A DNA stretch of 28,326 nt, from NCBI GenBank assembly GCA_965234725.1, contig CBDDUX010000052.1, positions 1-28,326 on the forward strand, in the 5' to 3' direction. The DNA is from Thermoplasmatota archaeon. GTDB taxonomy: Archaea > Thermoplasmatota > Penumbrarchaeia > Penumbrarchaeales > Penumbrarchaeaceae. Each line of letters starts with the position of its first letter. Positions within the stretch are counted from its first letter, which is position 1. A model generated the notes under the pieces. That model had not been told where the DNA came from, made no database searches, and saw nothing but the letters and a program-made list of their open reading frames with translations. Of the stretch, positions 9,525 through 18,840 are shown piece after piece. A program made the position numbers and the translations under genes.

Positions 9525-10403
9525 ATGAAACTGGCAATATACCCTGGATGCCTCATGCCAACCGAGCAATATGCCTACGAGATCTCCATGAAGAAGGTCC
9601 TTCCGATCATTGGTGTGGAAACCGTGGACCTTGAGGGTTTCTCCTGCTGTGGTGAACCTCTGAAATCCATAAGTCAGATGATGACACTGACATTATCAGC
9701 GAGGAACATTGCCATCTGTGAGAAGGAAGGTCTGGATATCCTTGTCCCCTGTCCCATGTGCCATCTGGCCCTGAGCGAGGCCAAGAAGATCCTGAAGGGT
9801 GATGGAGAGATGTTGGCAAGGGTCAATGAGAAGCTTGCTGGAGAGGACCTTGAGTTCAAAGGTGTTTCTAAGATATACCATATCATCGACCTGGTCCATG
9901 ACTTAGTTGGGCTGGATGCATTGAAGGAAAAGGTTACCAGTCCGCTGGGTGACCTTGTTTTTGCCACGCACTACGGGTGTCATCTTCACAGACCCTCGGA
10001 ACTGGGAAGACCGGTTGATTCGGAGAATCCACAGAAGATGGAAAGGATCCTGGAAGCGCTTGGAGCGAAGACCAGGGACTATGCTGAGAAGCTTGATTGC
10101 TGCGGTGGACCTCTTCTTCCTGTCCATCCTGAAACATCCCTGGCAAAGACGGGACAGAAATTGAAATCGATACAGGACCAGGGATTCAGCGGGATGGCCC
10201 TTTCCTGCCCGTGGTGCCACAAGATGTATGATTCCAAACAGAAGAAAGCAGGTGAGACCGTGAGTGCAAAACTGTCGGTTCCCGTTCTCTATATTACTCA
10301 ATTGATGGGACTCGCCTTCGGTCTGGACAGATCCGAACTTGGACTCGAACTGAACATGAGCCCGGTTGAAAAGGTCCTTGAACCAAAGGAGGCGGCCCCA
10401 TGA
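9525..10403 (+). CDS. hdrB: Heterodisulfide reductase subunit B-like CCG-domain protein
   Basis: Two CCG domains: YPGC/SCCG/CPMC and HYGCH/DCCGG/CPWC. Confidence 0.9.
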   Translation: MKLAIYPGCLMPTEQYAYEISMKKVLPIIGVETVDLEGFSCCGEPLKSISQMMTLTLSARNIAICEKEGLDILVPCPMCHLALSEAKKILKGDGEMLARVNEKLAGEDLEFKGVSKIYHIIDLVHDLVGLDALKEKVTSPLGDLVFATHYGCHLHRPSELGRPVDSENPQKMERILEALGAKTRDYAEKLDCCGGPLLPVHPETSLAKTGQKLKSIQDQGFSGMALSCPWCHKMYDSKQKKAGETVSAKLSVPVLYITQLMGLAFGLDRSELGLELNMSPVEKVLEPKEAAP

Positions 10404-12358
10404 AGAAGATAGGGGTTTTCGTTTGCCACTGTGGTGTTAACATCGCATCTAAAGTGGATGTGAAAGAGGTTGCGGAATATGCTTCCAAGCTTGATGGTGT
10501 CGTGGTATCCACCGAATACAAATACATGTGTTCCGACCCTGGTGCAAAGCTGATAAAGGATTCCATTGCCGAGTATGACCTCGACGGGATAGTTGTTGCC
10601 AGCTGTTCTCCAAGGATGCATGAGCATACGTTCAGAGGGGTGGCCGAGAGCGGAGGCATGAATCCCTACAATGTTGAGATCACCAATATCAGGGAGCAGT
10701 GCTCATGGGCTCACGATGATCCGGTCGAAGCCACTGCCAAAGCAAAACAACTGGTGGCTGCAGCTGTATCGAAGGCCGCCCTTCTGGAATCCCTTGAGAA
10801 ATCAAGGACCCCCGTAACCTCTGAGGCGTTGGTCATCGGAGCGGGGATCGCAGGGATACAGGCTGCCCTTGAGATAGCTGATTCCGGATTCAAGGTCCAT
10901 CTTGTGGAGAAGGAACCCACTATCGGAGGAAGGATGGCCCAGCTGGACAAGACCTTTCCCACTCTTGACTGTTCATCCTGTATCCTGACACCCAAGATGA
11001 TGGATGTGAAGAACCATCAGAACATCGATCTGATGTCCTATTCTGAGGTCCTTTCTGTAGAGGGTAGTGTTGGGAATTACAGGGTCAAGGTCAGGAAGAA
11101 GGCCAGATATGTTGATATGGAGAAGTGTACCGGATGCAACGAATGTGCCATCGCATGCAGGTTGAAAGGCCATGTCCCGGATCCCTTCAACATGGGTATG
11201 GGAAAAAGGTCTGCCGCCTATATCTCATTCCCACAGGCCATACCGCTAAAAGCGACAATAGATCCAGACCATTGCCTCATGCTGAAGTTCGGGAAATGCG
11301 GTGACGGTCCTCTTTGTCAGAAAGCATGCGATCCCGGGGCAATTGATTTCACTCAGAAAGATGAGGAAGTGGAGTTGACGGTCGGGACCATCCTTGTGGC
11401 CACCGGATATGACCTCCTCGATGCAAGCAGATTGTTCGAGTATGGATATACCCGTTCCAAGGATGTAATAACCACAATGGAACTCGAGCGTCTGATCAGT
11501 TCTTCGGGTCCGACAGGAGGAAAGATCGTCCTCCCTTCGAACGGCGAATACCCGGATTCAGTCACATTCATACTATGCGCTGGATCCAGGGATGAGACCC
11601 AGTGCACATGGTGCTGCAGGATAGGTTGCATGTCCGCCCTCAAGCATGTATATCTACTGAGGGAGAAACTCGGACCCGAGACCGAGATCAACATCTGTTA
11701 CACGGATATCAGAAGTTTCGGCAAGGGATACGAGGAGTTCTACAGGAAGATAAGGGGAAAAGGTGTCAACCTCTTCAGGGGAAGACCCTCAGAAGTGCGG
11801 GTGAACCCCAAGGATATCACCATCGATGTCTTTGACACCACCACTAACAAACTTTTCCAGATAGGCACCAATATGGTGGTCCTTGCCCCTGCCCTGGTCC
11901 CGAGGGCTGATTCGGAGGAGTTCGCAAGGATACTCGGTCTATCCCGGAGCGGGGATGGATTCCTTATGGAGGCCCACCCCAAACTCAGACCGGTGGATAC
12001 GTTCACTAATGGCATCTTCATCGCCGGATGTGTCCAGAGCCCCAAGGATATCTCCGATACGGTGTCCCAGGCCTGCGGTGCGGCATCCCGCGCTCTTGGT
12101 ATACTTACTAAGGATGAACTCGAGAACGATCCTTTGATAGCATGGGTGGACCCGGAGGTATGTGTCGGATGCGGGGTCTGTGTGGAAGTTTGCGCATACA
12201 GCGCAAGGTCACTGAACGAGGTGACAGGCATAGCCGATGTTGATGATGCGCTCTGTGCGGGTTGTGGGGCCTGTATCGCCGCATGTCCGTCCAATGCGTC
12301 TACACACAAGAACTACACCAAACAACAGATGGTCAGAATGATCGACGAGGTGGTCTAG
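10400..12358 (+). CDS. hdrA: Heterodisulfide reductase subunit A, canonical single-module size (652 aa)
   Basis: GVFVCHCG, GAGIAG, LDKTFPTLDCSSC, inserted ferredoxin, CAGSRD, EAHPKLRPV and C-terminal 2[4Fe-4S]. Confidence 0.95.
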   Translation: MKKIGVFVCHCGVNIASKVDVKEVAEYASKLDGVVVSTEYKYMCSDPGAKLIKDSIAEYDLDGIVVASCSPRMHEHTFRGVAESGGMNPYNVEITNIREQCSWAHDDPVEATAKAKQLVAAAVSKAALLESLEKSRTPVTSEALVIGAGIAGIQAALEIADSGFKVHLVEKEPTIGGRMAQLDKTFPTLDCSSCILTPKMMDVKNHQNIDLMSYSEVLSVEGSVGNYRVKVRKKARYVDMEKCTGCNECAIACRLKGHVPDPFNMGMGKRSAAYISFPQAIPLKATIDPDHCLMLKFGKCGDGPLCQKACDPGAIDFTQKDEEVELTVGTILVATGYDLLDASRLFEYGYTRSKDVITTMELERLISSSGPTGGKIVLPSNGEYPDSVTFILCAGSRDETQCTWCCRIGCMSALKHVYLLREKLGPETEINICYTDIRSFGKGYEEFYRKIRGKGVNLFRGRPSEVRVNPKDITIDVFDTTTNKLFQIGTNMVVLAPALVPRADSEEFARILGLSRSGDGFLMEAHPKLRPVDTFTNGIFIAGCVQSPKDISDTVSQACGAASRALGILTKDELENDPLIAWVDPEVCVGCGVCVEVCAYSARSLNEVTGIADVDDALCAGCGACIAACPSNASTHKNYTKQQMVRMIDEVV

Positions 12359-13300
12359 ATGGCAGCTGCCAATGATGAAATCGCACCTGCCGGAGCTTTC
12401 CAAAAGAGAGGGTCGGTCCTTGTGATAGGTGGAGGCATCTCAGGTATCCAGTCATCACTGGACCTGGCGGATGCCGGTTTCAAGGTGTACCTGGTGGATG
12501 AGAACAGGTCCATTGGAGGCACCATGCCTCAACTTGACAAGACCTTTCCAACCAATGACTGTTCAATGTGTATTCTGGCTCCCAAGCTGGTTGCCACTGC
12601 CAGACATCCGAATATCCAGATCATCACCGCTGCAGAGGTCAAGGACCTGCAGGGAGAACCCGGTAACTTCAAGGTGAAGGTCTTGAAATATGCCAGGTCC
12701 GTTGATGAGGATATATGCAATGGGTGCGGAGTCTGTGTCGAGAACTGTCCGGTAAGATATGTCCCTCAGCTTCCGGAGATTGTCGATATAAGAGAGGTCC
12801 TCGGAAAAGATGAGATCGAAAAGCTTGAGGGGATCATTTCAGGTTTTAAAAAGGACCAGAGTTCTCTGGTACCAGTGCTGGAAGCCATTAATGAGGATTA
12901 CAATTATCTCCCTGAGAGCTCCCTCCGGTTCGTATCACAGGAACTGGATGTTCCTCTTTCCCAGGTTTACAACGTTGCAACGTTCTTCACAGCCTTTTCA
13001 TTGACACCCAGGGGAAGACATACCATCAAGGTATGTCTCGGGACTGCCTGCCATGTAAGAGGAGCTCCAAGAGTACTGGATGATATCACCAGAGAGCTTG
13101 GGATCGAACCCGGTCAAACCACAGAAGATGGTGAGTTCACATTGGAGACCGTCAACTGCCTGGGAACCTGCGCACTTGGCCCTGTGGTCATGATCGATGA
13201 GGAGTACCACATGGTCAAACCCGGTTCCTTCCTGAAACTGCTTGAGGATTTCAAAACAGGAAATGCTGTACCCATTGAACCCCCGGAGGTGAAAGAATGA
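12359..13300 (+). CDS. Fusion of an HdrA N-terminal FAD-binding segment plus half-ferredoxin with a NuoE/HydC-like [2Fe-2S] domain
   Basis: The first ~130 aa carry GGGISG, LDKTFPTNDCSMC and CNGCGVCVENCP. The rest carries YNYLP, VATFF, VCLGTACHVRG and NCLGTCALGP. SD GAGGTG. Confidence 0.9.
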   Translation: MAAANDEIAPAGAFQKRGSVLVIGGGISGIQSSLDLADAGFKVYLVDENRSIGGTMPQLDKTFPTNDCSMCILAPKLVATARHPNIQIITAAEVKDLQGEPGNFKVKVLKYARSVDEDICNGCGVCVENCPVRYVPQLPEIVDIREVLGKDEIEKLEGIISGFKKDQSSLVPVLEAINEDYNYLPESSLRFVSQELDVPLSQVYNVATFFTAFSLTPRGRHTIKVCLGTACHVRGAPRVLDDITRELGIEPGQTTEDGEFTLETVNCLGTCALGPVVMIDEEYHMVKPGSFLKLLEDFKTGNAVPIEPPEVKE

Positions 13301-15156
13301 CCGGAGGGAGCAAACTTGGATCCGTAACTGACCTTGAGAAACTGATAGGCACTCTTTCGAAGAAAAGAAATGCCAACAAGAATAGGACGATCGTGGTCCC
13401 GGGCGGAACATGCGGGAATGCAAGGGGAGCCGGAAAGGTCTATGATAAGGTCATGGAGGCTCTTGAGAAGCTCTCGATCAAGGATGTTGATGTAAGAAGG
13501 ACCGGATGCATAGGTTACTGTGCTCAGGAACCTCTCCTCTTGATCCTCCCGGAACGGACCATTTACACATCGGTGGACCCTGAGAAGGTGGGAGATATTC
13601 TGGATTCAACCTTCAAGAAAGGAAAACCTCTTGAAAACGCTCTCTTCAAGGATCCTGATACGGGGAAACCCGTTGAGAAAATGGAGGATCTTCCCTACTA
13701 CAGGAAACAGCAGAGGAAAATTACGGGGAACACCGAGAACGTAGATCCTGAACGGATAGAGGATTACATGTCATTAGGAGGATACAGTTCCTTTCTCAAG
13801 GCCCTTTCATTGACACCTGAGGAGGTAATAGCAGAGATGAAGTCCTCCGGACTGAGAGGTAGAGGTGGAGCCGGTTTCTCCACCGGTACGAAGTGGGAGC
13901 TAGCAAGGAAGAACGATGGTGAGCGCAAATACATCGTCTGCAATGCCGATGAGGGCGATCCCGGAGCATTCATGGACCGAAACCTCCTGGAAGGCAACCC
14001 TCACAATGTACTCGAGGGGATGCTGATCGGTGCTCATGCCATCGGTGCCTCCAAAGGATTCGTTTATGTCAGGAAGGAGTATCCTCTAGCCGTCAAGAGG
14101 TTGAGGAATGCCATCTCTCAGATGAGGGAGTACGGACTCCTTGGGAATGATATCCTGGGAACAGGAATGGACCTCGATCTCGAAGTATACGAGGGAGCCG
14201 GTGCTTTTGTCTGCGGTGAGGAAACCGCCCTTATGGCCTCGATCGAGGGAAGGGCCGGAGAGCCCAGGCCCAGGCCACCCTTCCCTGCTCAGAGCGGCCT
14301 ATGGGGAATGCCGACGAACATCAACAACGTGAAATCGTGGGCCAATGCAACTTTAGTCCTTGGAAAAGGTTCCAAATGGTATTCCAAAATAGGTACCAAG
14401 GGAAGCCCGGGAACCATGCTCTTCTCCCTTGTTGGAAAGACCAACAATTCCGGCCTTGTGGAGGTCCCCATGGGGATCACCCTCAGGGAGATGGTCTTCG
14501 AGATAGGGGGAGGGATCGCATCAGGTAACGAGTTCAAAGCGATCCAGACAGGCGGTCCCTCGGGGGGTTGTCTTCCTCGAGATATGCTTGACCTTTCAGT
14601 TGATTATGACTCTCTGAAAGAGGCCGGGGCCATGATGGGTTCCGGTGGTATGATAGTCATGGACAACAAGACCTGCATGGTCGATGTCGCAAGGTACTTC
14701 GTAAGATTCCTCAAGGATGAATCATGCGGAAAGTGTGCTCCATGCCGTGAGGGATTGGTACAGATGGATATCATCCTGACAGGGATCACAGAAGGGAACG
14801 CCTCAATTGAGGACCTGGATAAACTGGAGGTCCTTGCCGCTACAATGGCTGACGCTTCACTCTGTGCTCTCGGACAGACAGCTCCCAATCCCGTTCTTAC
14901 CACCCTGAAATATTTCAGGGATGAGTACGAGGCCCATATAAACAGCGGGAAATGTCCGGCTGGTGTCTGCAAGAAGCTCACAACATATTCCATCAATGGA
15001 AAGAAGTGCACAGGATGCACTCTCTGCGCTCTGAAATGTCCTGTAAAAGCTATTAGCGGTGAGAAGAAGAAGGTCCACATCATCGATCAGGCCCTCTGTG
15101 TGAAGTGCGGACAGTGTCATGATGTATGCAATTTCTCTGCTGTGGAGGTGGTTTGA
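13297..15156 (+). CDS. NuoF/HydB-like FMN and NAD(H)-binding subunit, long form
   Basis: SGLRGRGGAGF, CNADEGDPGAFMDR, GAGAFVCGEETAL, GGPSGG, ESCGKCAPCREG, CPAGVC and a C-terminal 2[4Fe-4S]. N-terminal thioredoxin-like Fe-S domain (GTCG..GCIGYC). Confidence 0.93.
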   Translation: MTGGSKLGSVTDLEKLIGTLSKKRNANKNRTIVVPGGTCGNARGAGKVYDKVMEALEKLSIKDVDVRRTGCIGYCAQEPLLLILPERTIYTSVDPEKVGDILDSTFKKGKPLENALFKDPDTGKPVEKMEDLPYYRKQQRKITGNTENVDPERIEDYMSLGGYSSFLKALSLTPEEVIAEMKSSGLRGRGGAGFSTGTKWELARKNDGERKYIVCNADEGDPGAFMDRNLLEGNPHNVLEGMLIGAHAIGASKGFVYVRKEYPLAVKRLRNAISQMREYGLLGNDILGTGMDLDLEVYEGAGAFVCGEETALMASIEGRAGEPRPRPPFPAQSGLWGMPTNINNVKSWANATLVLGKGSKWYSKIGTKGSPGTMLFSLVGKTNNSGLVEVPMGITLREMVFEIGGGIASGNEFKAIQTGGPSGGCLPRDMLDLSVDYDSLKEAGAMMGSGGMIVMDNKTCMVDVARYFVRFLKDESCGKCAPCREGLVQMDIILTGITEGNASIEDLDKLEVLAATMADASLCALGQTAPNPVLTTLKYFRDEYEAHINSGKCPAGVCKKLTTYSINGKKCTGCTLCALKCPVKAISGEKKKVHIIDQALCVKCGQCHDVCNFSAVEVV

Positions 15157-18100
15157 TGATCAAATTGACGATCGATTCAGTTGAGTGCCAGGCAGAGGAA
15201 GGAGAGACGGTCCTTCAGGTTGCAAAGAGGAACAACATCAAGATCCCAACTCTCTGCCATCATCCTGCCATACCTCCATATTCCGCATGCAGAGTCTGTA
15301 TCGTAGAGGTGAAACAGGGGAACAGGACCAGGATCACGGCCTCTTGTTCTCTGCCGGTATCCGAGGGAATGGAAGTGCTAACCGGTTCGGAGAGGGTCCT
15401 TCGATCGAGAAAGGTCCTTCTTGAACTCTATCTGGCCAGGTGTCCGGATTCGGAGGATCTCAAGGAATTCGCCTCTGAACTTGGTGTTGATACAACAAGG
15501 TTCACCTCGTATAGGGAGGTGGATGACAAATGTATCCTGTGCGGACTTTGCGTTAATGTGTGCAGGGAAAGCGGGAACACAACCCTCGGTTTCATAGGGA
15601 GGGGCGATAAAAGAAAGATCGGTACCCCCTTCGATGAGGCATCTGCCCATTGTTTGACCTGCGGAGCCTGCGAGTTCGTGTGTCCCACAGGCAGAATTGA
15701 CCTTTCCGAGATCTCATCTCGGAAACCTATCCCCATCAAGGGGAAGTTCGATGAGGGTCTGTGCCAGAGGGGGGCCATTGATATTCCATTCCCCCAGGCT
15801 ATCCCTAATGTCCCGATGATCGACCGGGAATCATGCAACTATTTCATAAATGGAAGCTGCAAGTTCTGTGAGACGGTATGCGAACCAGGTGCATTGAGGC
15901 ATGATTCGGAGGATGAGGAGATAGAAATTGAAGTTGGTTCTGTGATCATGTCCACAGGATTCGAGGAATATGTTCCACCCACAGGCGGAAGCTACGGATA
16001 CAACATCTATCCGAACGTTCTGACCTCCATCCAGTTCGAGAGGATGCTCTCCGCATCCGGACCTTACAAAGGGCACGTTAAAAGGATCTCTGACGGTATG
16101 GAACCTAAAAAGATCGCCTGGCTCCAATGTGTGGGATCAAGGGATGAAAGCTGTGACAATCCTTACTGTTCCTCTGTTTGCTGCATGTATTCAATCAAAG
16201 AGGCGGTGATCGCAAAGGAGCATGCTCCGGGTCTCGACGCCCACCTCTACTATATGGACATGAGGTCCTTCGGAAAGGATTTCGACAGATATTTCGAGAG
16301 GGCCAGGGACGAATACGGGGTCAAGTTCAGAAGGTCCAGGGTCCCCAGGATCGAACAGAACAAGGAGACCAAGGATCTGACCATCAGGTATGTCGATGAA
16401 TCTGGCAAGGTAATGACAGAGGATTACGATATGGTTGTTCTGTCGGTGGGTCTGGAACCCTGCAGTTCGCTCGGAGACCTGGCAGGAGCATTGAATGTGA
16501 ACCTGAACGGATACGGATTCGTTGAGACCGATCCATATTCCCATGTGACCACAAGCCGGCCAGGTGTCTATGCATCCGGGACGGTAACCGAGCCCAAAGA
16601 CATACCGGAGAGCGTAACCCAGGCTTCCGCTGCAGCCGCCGAGGCAGCAAGGGATATATCCTCTGCAAGGGGAACGGATGTCACGATCAAGGACTATCCA
16701 CGGGAAAGGTCTATCATGAACGACTTCCCGAGAATAGGTGTGTTCATCTGCCACTGCGGGATAAACATAGGAGGAGTCATTGATGTACCAAAGGTGGTTG
16801 AGAGCACCAAGACCCTTCCTTACGTAGTACTGGCTGATGATGAGACGTTCACCTGTTCCTCCGATTCACTGGAACGCATCAAGGATAGGATAGTGGACCT
16901 TGGGTTGAACAGGATCGTTGTTGCATCCTGCACACCCCGGACGCATGAGCCGATATTCCAGGACACTCTAAAGGAGGCAGGACTGAACCCCCATCTATTC
17001 GAGATGGTCAACCTCAGGGACCAGAACTCATGGGTCCACAGAGGCAACCCGGTCCTTGCAACCAAGAAAGCCATTGAAACCGTTCGCATGGGAGTGATAA
17101 AGGTAGCAGATATGGTCCCTGTGGAACATCATAAGGTCCCGGTCATCCCGGAAGCCCTTGTGATCGGTGGTGGTGTTGCCGGAATGAGCTCTTCTCTGTC
17201 AATGGCTGATCAGGGCTTCAAGGTCCATCTTGTGGAGAGAGAGGAGAAGTTGGGGGGACTACTGAACGATATCTACCTCGGGGCTGGCCAGGAGGACCCC
17301 GTGGAGCTTTTAAAGACCACCGTGGAGAAGGTGATGTCCCATCCGAACATTATCGTTTATACCTCATCGGAATTGATGGAGATAACCGGATACGTTGGGA
17401 ATTTCACCTCCAAGATCGGTAATTCCGATGGTTCGCAGATGGTTCAGCATGGTGTTGTTGTGGTTGCAACTGGAGCGGACGCGTATGAACCGACAGAGTT
17501 CTCCTATGGAAAAAGCGACCGGATAATACGTCAAAAGGAGTTGGAGAAGGATATCGCCAAGGGATCTGGTTATCTGAAGGACCTAGGTGAGGTCGTAATG
17601 ATCCAGTGTGTGGGATCCAGGAACGAGGAGCATCCGTATTGTTCCCGTATTTGCTGTACCAATGCTTTGAAGAATGCCGTAAGATTGAAGGAGATGAAGC
17701 CCGAACTGCCAATCTATGTTATGTATAGGGACATCAGGTCCTACGGTTTCAGGGAGGACCGTCTCTATTCGAAGGCAAGGAAGCTGGGGGTATTGTTCTT
17801 CCAGTATGATCCCGAAGGCGAGCCCCAAGTGGATGTGAAGGGTAAAGAGATCACTGTTAAGGTCTGGGACCGGGTCCTTCAGAGGGATGTGGTATTCCAC
17901 CCGGACCGCCTGGTCCTTTCCACCGGAATGGTCCCGAAGGACAATTCGGATATCGCCCAGAAACTGAAGGTCCCCTTGAACCAGGACGGGTATTTCTCAG
18001 AGGCACATATGAAGCTCAGACCCGTGGACTTCTCCGGGGACGGTATCTTCCTCGCCGGAACCGCGCATTCCCCCAGATTCCTTGAAGAGGCGATCCTGCA

Positions 18101-18392
18101 GGGGAAGGCGACGGCAGCCAGGGCCGGGACAATCCTATCGAGGGAATTCCTGGAGACCAAAGGTAATATTGCAAGGGTTTCCAGCAGGAACTGTGCCGGA
18201 TGCCAGCTCTGTGTTCAGATATGCCCGTATGATGCTATTGATTACGATGAGGAGAAAAAGGTCGTGAACGTGAACGAGATACTCTGCCAGGGATGCGGTG
18301 CATGCGCCGCGATCTGTCCAAGCGGCACCTCCCAGCAGACCTCCTTCACCAAGCGTCAGATAATGTCCATGATCGATGCAAGTTTGAGATGA
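15156..18392 (+). CDS. Fusion of NuoG/HydA-like N-terminal Fe-S domains with the remainder of a double-module HdrA
   Basis: IPTLC..ACRVC..ASC [2Fe-2S], CILCGLC and CLTCGAC. HdrA sequence follows: FDEGL..PQAIP, QCVGSRD..CSSVCC, GVFICHCG, a second GGGVAG module, EAHMKLRPVD and C-terminal 2[4Fe-4S]. Start at a TGATG overlap after GGAGGTG. Confidence 0.9.
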   Translation: MIKLTIDSVECQAEEGETVLQVAKRNNIKIPTLCHHPAIPPYSACRVCIVEVKQGNRTRITASCSLPVSEGMEVLTGSERVLRSRKVLLELYLARCPDSEDLKEFASELGVDTTRFTSYREVDDKCILCGLCVNVCRESGNTTLGFIGRGDKRKIGTPFDEASAHCLTCGACEFVCPTGRIDLSEISSRKPIPIKGKFDEGLCQRGAIDIPFPQAIPNVPMIDRESCNYFINGSCKFCETVCEPGALRHDSEDEEIEIEVGSVIMSTGFEEYVPPTGGSYGYNIYPNVLTSIQFERMLSASGPYKGHVKRISDGMEPKKIAWLQCVGSRDESCDNPYCSSVCCMYSIKEAVIAKEHAPGLDAHLYYMDMRSFGKDFDRYFERARDEYGVKFRRSRVPRIEQNKETKDLTIRYVDESGKVMTEDYDMVVLSVGLEPCSSLGDLAGALNVNLNGYGFVETDPYSHVTTSRPGVYASGTVTEPKDIPESVTQASAAAAEAARDISSARGTDVTIKDYPRERSIMNDFPRIGVFICHCGINIGGVIDVPKVVESTKTLPYVVLADDETFTCSSDSLERIKDRIVDLGLNRIVVASCTPRTHEPIFQDTLKEAGLNPHLFEMVNLRDQNSWVHRGNPVLATKKAIETVRMGVIKVADMVPVEHHKVPVIPEALVIGGGVAGMSSSLSMADQGFKVHLVEREEKLGGLLNDIYLGAGQEDPVELLKTTVEKVMSHPNIIVYTSSELMEITGYVGNFTSKIGNSDGSQMVQHGVVVVATGADAYEPTEFSYGKSDRIIRQKELEKDIAKGSGYLKDLGEVVMIQCVGSRNEEHPYCSRICCTNALKNAVRLKEMKPELPIYVMYRDIRSYGFREDRLYSKARKLGVLFFQYDPEGEPQVDVKGKEITVKVWDRVLQRDVVFHPDRLVLSTGMVPKDNSDIAQKLKVPLNQDGYFSEAHMKLRPVDFSGDGIFLAGTAHSPRFLEEAILQGKATAARAGTILSREFLETKGNIARVSSRNCAGCQLCVQICPYDAIDYDEEKKVVNVNEILCQGCGACAAICPSGTSQQTSFTKRQIMSMIDASLR

Positions 18393-18407
18393 GAGAGGTG
18401 GGAGGAA

Positions 18408-18833
18408 ATGAGCGAAGAATTTGAACCGAAGGTCGTTGGGTTCCTGTGCAACTGGTGCTCCTATGCCGGAGCTGACCTAGCGGGAACGAGCCGGATACAG
18501 TATCCATCCAATATCAGGGTGATCAGGGTCATGTGCTCCGGGTCCGTTGACAGTATCTATGTGAACAGGGCGCTGATCGAGGGTGCTGATGCTATCCTTA
18601 TCGGCGGCTGCCATCTGGGTGACTGCCATTATCTCAACGGGAACTACAAGGCCAGAAGAAAGATGGTGCTGTTGAAGAACATTCTCACTACACTTGGCAT
18701 GGAGCCGGAAAGGATCTGGGTCAAGTGGATATCCGCATCCGAGGGCCAGAAGTTCGCTGATACGGTCAAGGAGATAGTGGATGAGACCAAGAAGCTGGGC
18801 CCGAACCCTCTTGGCCAGAGGTGGAACGTTTAG
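18408..18833 (+). CDS. mvhD: MvhD [2Fe-2S] adaptor subunit, copy 1
   Basis: FLCNWCSYAGAD, RVMCSG, GCHLGDCHY and SASEG. Confidence 0.93.
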   Translation: MSEEFEPKVVGFLCNWCSYAGADLAGTSRIQYPSNIRVIRVMCSGSVDSIYVNRALIEGADAILIGGCHLGDCHYLNGNYKARRKMVLLKNILTTLGMEPERIWVKWISASEGQKFADTVKEIVDETKKLGPNPLGQRWNV

Positions 18834-18840
18834 AGGTGTT

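Noticed and set aside
12800-15725. Respiratory complex I or [FeFe]-hydrogenase
   Set aside because: No membrane Nuo subunits, no NuoBCD and no H-cluster motifs are present.
12750-15730. Mobile element, intron or intein explanation for the insertion in hdrA
   Set aside because: No transposase, endonuclease, terminal repeats or intein motifs were seen; the insert consists only of Nuo/Hyd-like redox domains.
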